Shown piece after piece: positions 37,268-39,933 of a stretch of DNA of 39,933 nt (position 1 is the stretch's first letter; every line of letters begins with the position of its first letter). The stretch lies in the NCBI GenBank assembly GCA_045106895.1, contig JBGCFM010000218.1, forward strand, positions 1 to 39,933, given 5' to 3'. Below the pieces are notes generated by a model. That model worked only from the letters and a program-made list of their open reading frames with translations. It had not been told where the DNA came from and searched no databases. The translations under genes and the position numbers were made by a program. The stretch comes from Polyangiales bacterium. Its GTDB lineage: Bacteria; Myxococcota_A; Polyangia; Polyangiales; Houyiibacteriaceae.

Positions 37268-39933
37268 ATGAGAATGAGATTTTCCCCTTGGTCCCTCGGG
37301 CCGACGTTTTTGACGGTACTTTTGGTGGCTTCGGGCTGCGGAGACGACACCGAATGCCCCGACGAGGACTGCGTGGATGCCTGCACTGGGGAGATGTGCG
37401 CAGACGCGGGATCGCCTGATTCAGGGACGGACTCTGGAACGGACGCAGGTCCCCCCAATGACGGTGGCCCCGACGGGATGCTCCAGGACGTGATGCCCGA
37501 TGTGGTGGTGATCCCGACGGGCCCAGACGACTACGTGCTCTGCGACAGTACACTCGACTGCCCCGCAGGCCGTGGTCGCTGCCTCCTCAACCTGCCATTG
37601 CACCACCCGGACTCTGCCGGGAACGCGCTCGTCGCGGTCTCCGACGTCTTCGCTGGGGTCCCCGATGGCCGCGGCGTCTGCGCAGAGAGCTGCGAGTCGA
37701 GCCCCGGTGCGTGCGGCACGTCGGAGTTCCTCACCGACGCGCCCAACTACACCTGCCAGGTCGTGTACGCAGCCCCAACGCCTTACGCCCTTGGCGGCGT
37801 GGACGGTGAAGCGATGCGCGCGGGCGATTCCTTCGCGGCTCTGTGTCGGCCCTCATTCAGCGGCGCCGCCAACCGCCTTCCAGAGACCTGCGGCGTGTGC
37901 GCCTCGGACTCCGAGTGCGGCGCGGGTCGCTGCTGGGACCTTGCCGGCGGAGCGCCCTACGAGAGCGAAGAAGAAGATGGCGGACGTTGCGTCGAGAACT
38001 GCGCCGCAGAGCTCCCCTGCGCCCAAGGTTTCTCCTGCGAGACCACGAGCGCCGGCGACCTGTGTCTGCCCATCTTGGCCACGTGTGAGTCCTGCGTCGA
38101 CGCGGACGGCGACGGCTTCGGCCTCGGCTTCTGCGAAGCGGAAACATCGAGCGTGACGCCCGTCGACTGCGACGACGCCGAGGCGACGACCTACTACGAA
38201 GCGGACCCGATATGCGGCGCCGTCGATCACAACTGCAACGGGTTTGCCGACGACATCGACATGGTGGGCACGGACCTCCATGGCAGCCTGCACTGCAGCG
38301 CGTGTGACGACGGCTGCAACGACGAAGCCCTTGGAGACCTCGCCGGTTCCCAGTGGGAGTGCGGTGGCGACGAGGGCGCTCGCACCTGCGAGGCCACGTG
38401 TGAGACTGGGCGCTTCGACTGCGACATGGATGGCGCCTGCGAAGTCGACGGGACGACGGTTGGCTACCAGTGGGCTCCCGACGCGGACAACGATGGCGCG
38501 CCTTGCAACCCCGAACCGGGCAGCCTGACCTGCTTGGTCGTCACGGCCTGCGAACGTCCGGCGGGGATGGTCATTGCGGTTCCGTATTCGGCGGCCCCCT
38601 TCACCTGCTCGGACTTCTTGACCTGTCCTGACGCGGACGATGATAACGACCGGATCGCGCCCGGCCGCGCGGAGCTCTGTGACATCCTCGACAACAACCA
38701 AAACGGCACAATAGACGAGACCTTTGCGGGTGCCGGCGCACGTGCGTGCCTGGACGGCGACACGGCGGAGCCCTGCATGACGGGGTCTGCCGTCCCACTG
38801 CGTGGGCGATGTACGACGTCGTGCAGCGGTGGCTCACTTCTCCTCGGGCGCTGGCAATGCTCGGAGAGCGGCGTCGCCTGCGTGGCCGATTCATCCGGAG
38901 CCGAAGTCGCCTGCAACGGAATCGACGACAACTGCAACGGCCGCGTGGATGAGCCCGTTGGTGATGCCTGCGACAGCGGCGGGCTGGACTCGCCGTGCAG
39001 GCGCGGGGCAGCTCTGCGATGCTCAGGAGGCCTGAGTTGCGTTCCCGCAAGCGCGAGCGCCTACGCATCCGTCCATGACGCGCCCGGCGACAACTACGAC
39101 GCGGACTGCGACGGCGTCGACGGAGAAGCGGACGCCATCTACGTCTACAGCGCATCCGTCGTCCCCGGCGAAGACGGCACCGCCGCGCGTCCGTATCGCA
39201 GCCTGAGAGCGGCGCTGGATCAAGCCGACTTGCCCGGCGGCAGCGACACCATCTACGTCCAGAGCGCGCCCGGCGTGCCGGTACTGCTGGACGACGGCCC
39301 CATCGATCTGCGCGCGGGGCTGCGCATCTACGGCGGCTTCACCGGCGCCTTGGCATGGACCTACGGCGCCTCCGAAAGCAATGTGTGCATCCCTTCCGAC
39401 GCGACGCCCGTGACCCATACCGAGCCCGTCCTTGTTCCCGGTCGTGTCATTCCACCATCCACGGTTGTGCCACCCAGCTGGATCAACCTGGCCATGCGCG
39501 CCCACATCGGTCTCCGATGCGAGGGCCTGACGGGCGCGGCGGCTCCTGCCGTCGTATCGCAGATCGCCCTGGCCGTCACCGGCTGTGGGACAGGCGCTGC
39601 GCCGGCTCCCTCCCAGGTCGGCAGCAGCGTCTACGGCGGCATCTTCATCGACTGTGAGAACGTCATCCTCCGGGATCTCACCGTCACCAACGGCGCCGCT
39701 GGCGCCGGCCAGGCAGGAACAACCCCGCCGCAGCAGACCGCTTTGGGCCCCTGGCTCGGCGGCCTGGGTGGATTTGGGACGGGAAGCACCCTCCTCGGTT
39801 TTCCAGGGAATGGGCCGAACGGTGGCCCAAGGGCGGCCAGCGTGGGCGCGAACGGAGGCTGGCCGAGTGGCGGCGGCTCACGCGGGGCGCCGGCCGTCGA
39901 CCCGCAACCGTTCCCGGCCCTTCCAACCGCGCC
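37268..39933 (+). CDS. Large Cys/Asp-rich surface lipoprotein with MopE-type metal-binding repeats and probable beta-helix domain; 3'-truncated
   Basis: Not in the ORF track because there is no stop in the window. Read manually from ATG 37268 after GGAG: MRMRFSPWSLGPTFLTVLLVASG|C, with repeats DCDD..CGAVDHNCNG, PGRAELCDILDNNQNGTIDE and AEVACNGIDDNCNGRVDE, then IYV..DGTAARPYRSLRAAL and a Gly-rich tail. Confidence 0.85.
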   Translation, partial: MRMRFSPWSLGPTFLTVLLVASGCGDDTECPDEDCVDACTGEMCADAGSPDSGTDSGTDAGPPNDGGPDGMLQDVMPDVVVIPTGPDDYVLCDSTLDCPAGRGRCLLNLPLHHPDSAGNALVAVSDVFAGVPDGRGVCAESCESSPGACGTSEFLTDAPNYTCQVVYAAPTPYALGGVDGEAMRAGDSFAALCRPSFSGAANRLPETCGVCASDSECGAGRCWDLAGGAPYESEEEDGGRCVENCAAELPCAQGFSCETTSAGDLCLPILATCESCVDADGDGFGLGFCEAETSSVTPVDCDDAEATTYYEADPICGAVDHNCNGFADDIDMVGTDLHGSLHCSACDDGCNDEALGDLAGSQWECGGDEGARTCEATCETGRFDCDMDGACEVDGTTVGYQWAPDADNDGAPCNPEPGSLTCLVVTACERPAGMVIAVPYSAAPFTCSDFLTCPDADDDNDRIAPGRAELCDILDNNQNGTIDETFAGAGARACLDGDTAEPCMTGSAVPLRGRCTTSCSGGSLLLGRWQCSESGVACVADSSGAEVACNGIDDNCNGRVDEPVGDACDSGGLDSPCRRGAALRCSGGLSCVPASASAYASVHDAPGDNYDADCDGVDGEADAIYVYSASVVPGEDGTAARPYRSLRAALDQADLPGGSDTIYVQSAPGVPVLLDDGPIDLRAGLRIYGGFTGALAWTYGASESNVCIPSDATPVTHTEPVLVPGRVIPPSTVVPPSWINLAMRAHIGLRCEGLTGAAAPAVVSQIALAVTGCGTGAAPAPSQVGSSVYGGIFIDCENVILRDLTVTNGAAGAGQAGTTPPQQTALGPWLGGLGGFGTGSTLLGFPGNGPNGGPRAASVGANGGWPSGGGSRGAPAVDPQPFPALPTA

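Overview
High-GC bacterial chromosomal window of about 28 CDSs. Gene content (giant TPR proteins, AgmX/PglI-type C-terminal domain, UPF0158, many Cys/Asp-rich lipoproteins) suggests Myxococcota, probably Polyangiales/Sandaracinaceae-like; this is inference. Housekeeping genes: purQ-purL, smc, glpK, pspA, pheA, a NAD-dependent epimerase and a phytoene-desaturase-family oxidoreductase. They are interspersed with secreted or lipoprotein genes, a 2506-aa TPR protein, a zincin lipoprotein and a >=888-aa lipoprotein that runs off the right edge and is missing from the ORF track. No rRNA, tRNA, CRISPR or mobile element was recognised. Most notable observations: (1) the smc upstream region has tandem NrdR-box-like sites, an 11-bp direct repeat and four CGATCG hexamers at an exact 19-bp period; (2) pspA is followed by a cyclase-STAND-TPR protein whose catalytic motifs appear lost; (3) a signal peptidase I homolog has Gly at the catalytic Lys position and overlaps an exported YbjN-like gene; (4) many genes appear to be transcribed leaderless, including one from a sigma54 promoter. 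No complete novel system can be proven from sequence alone.
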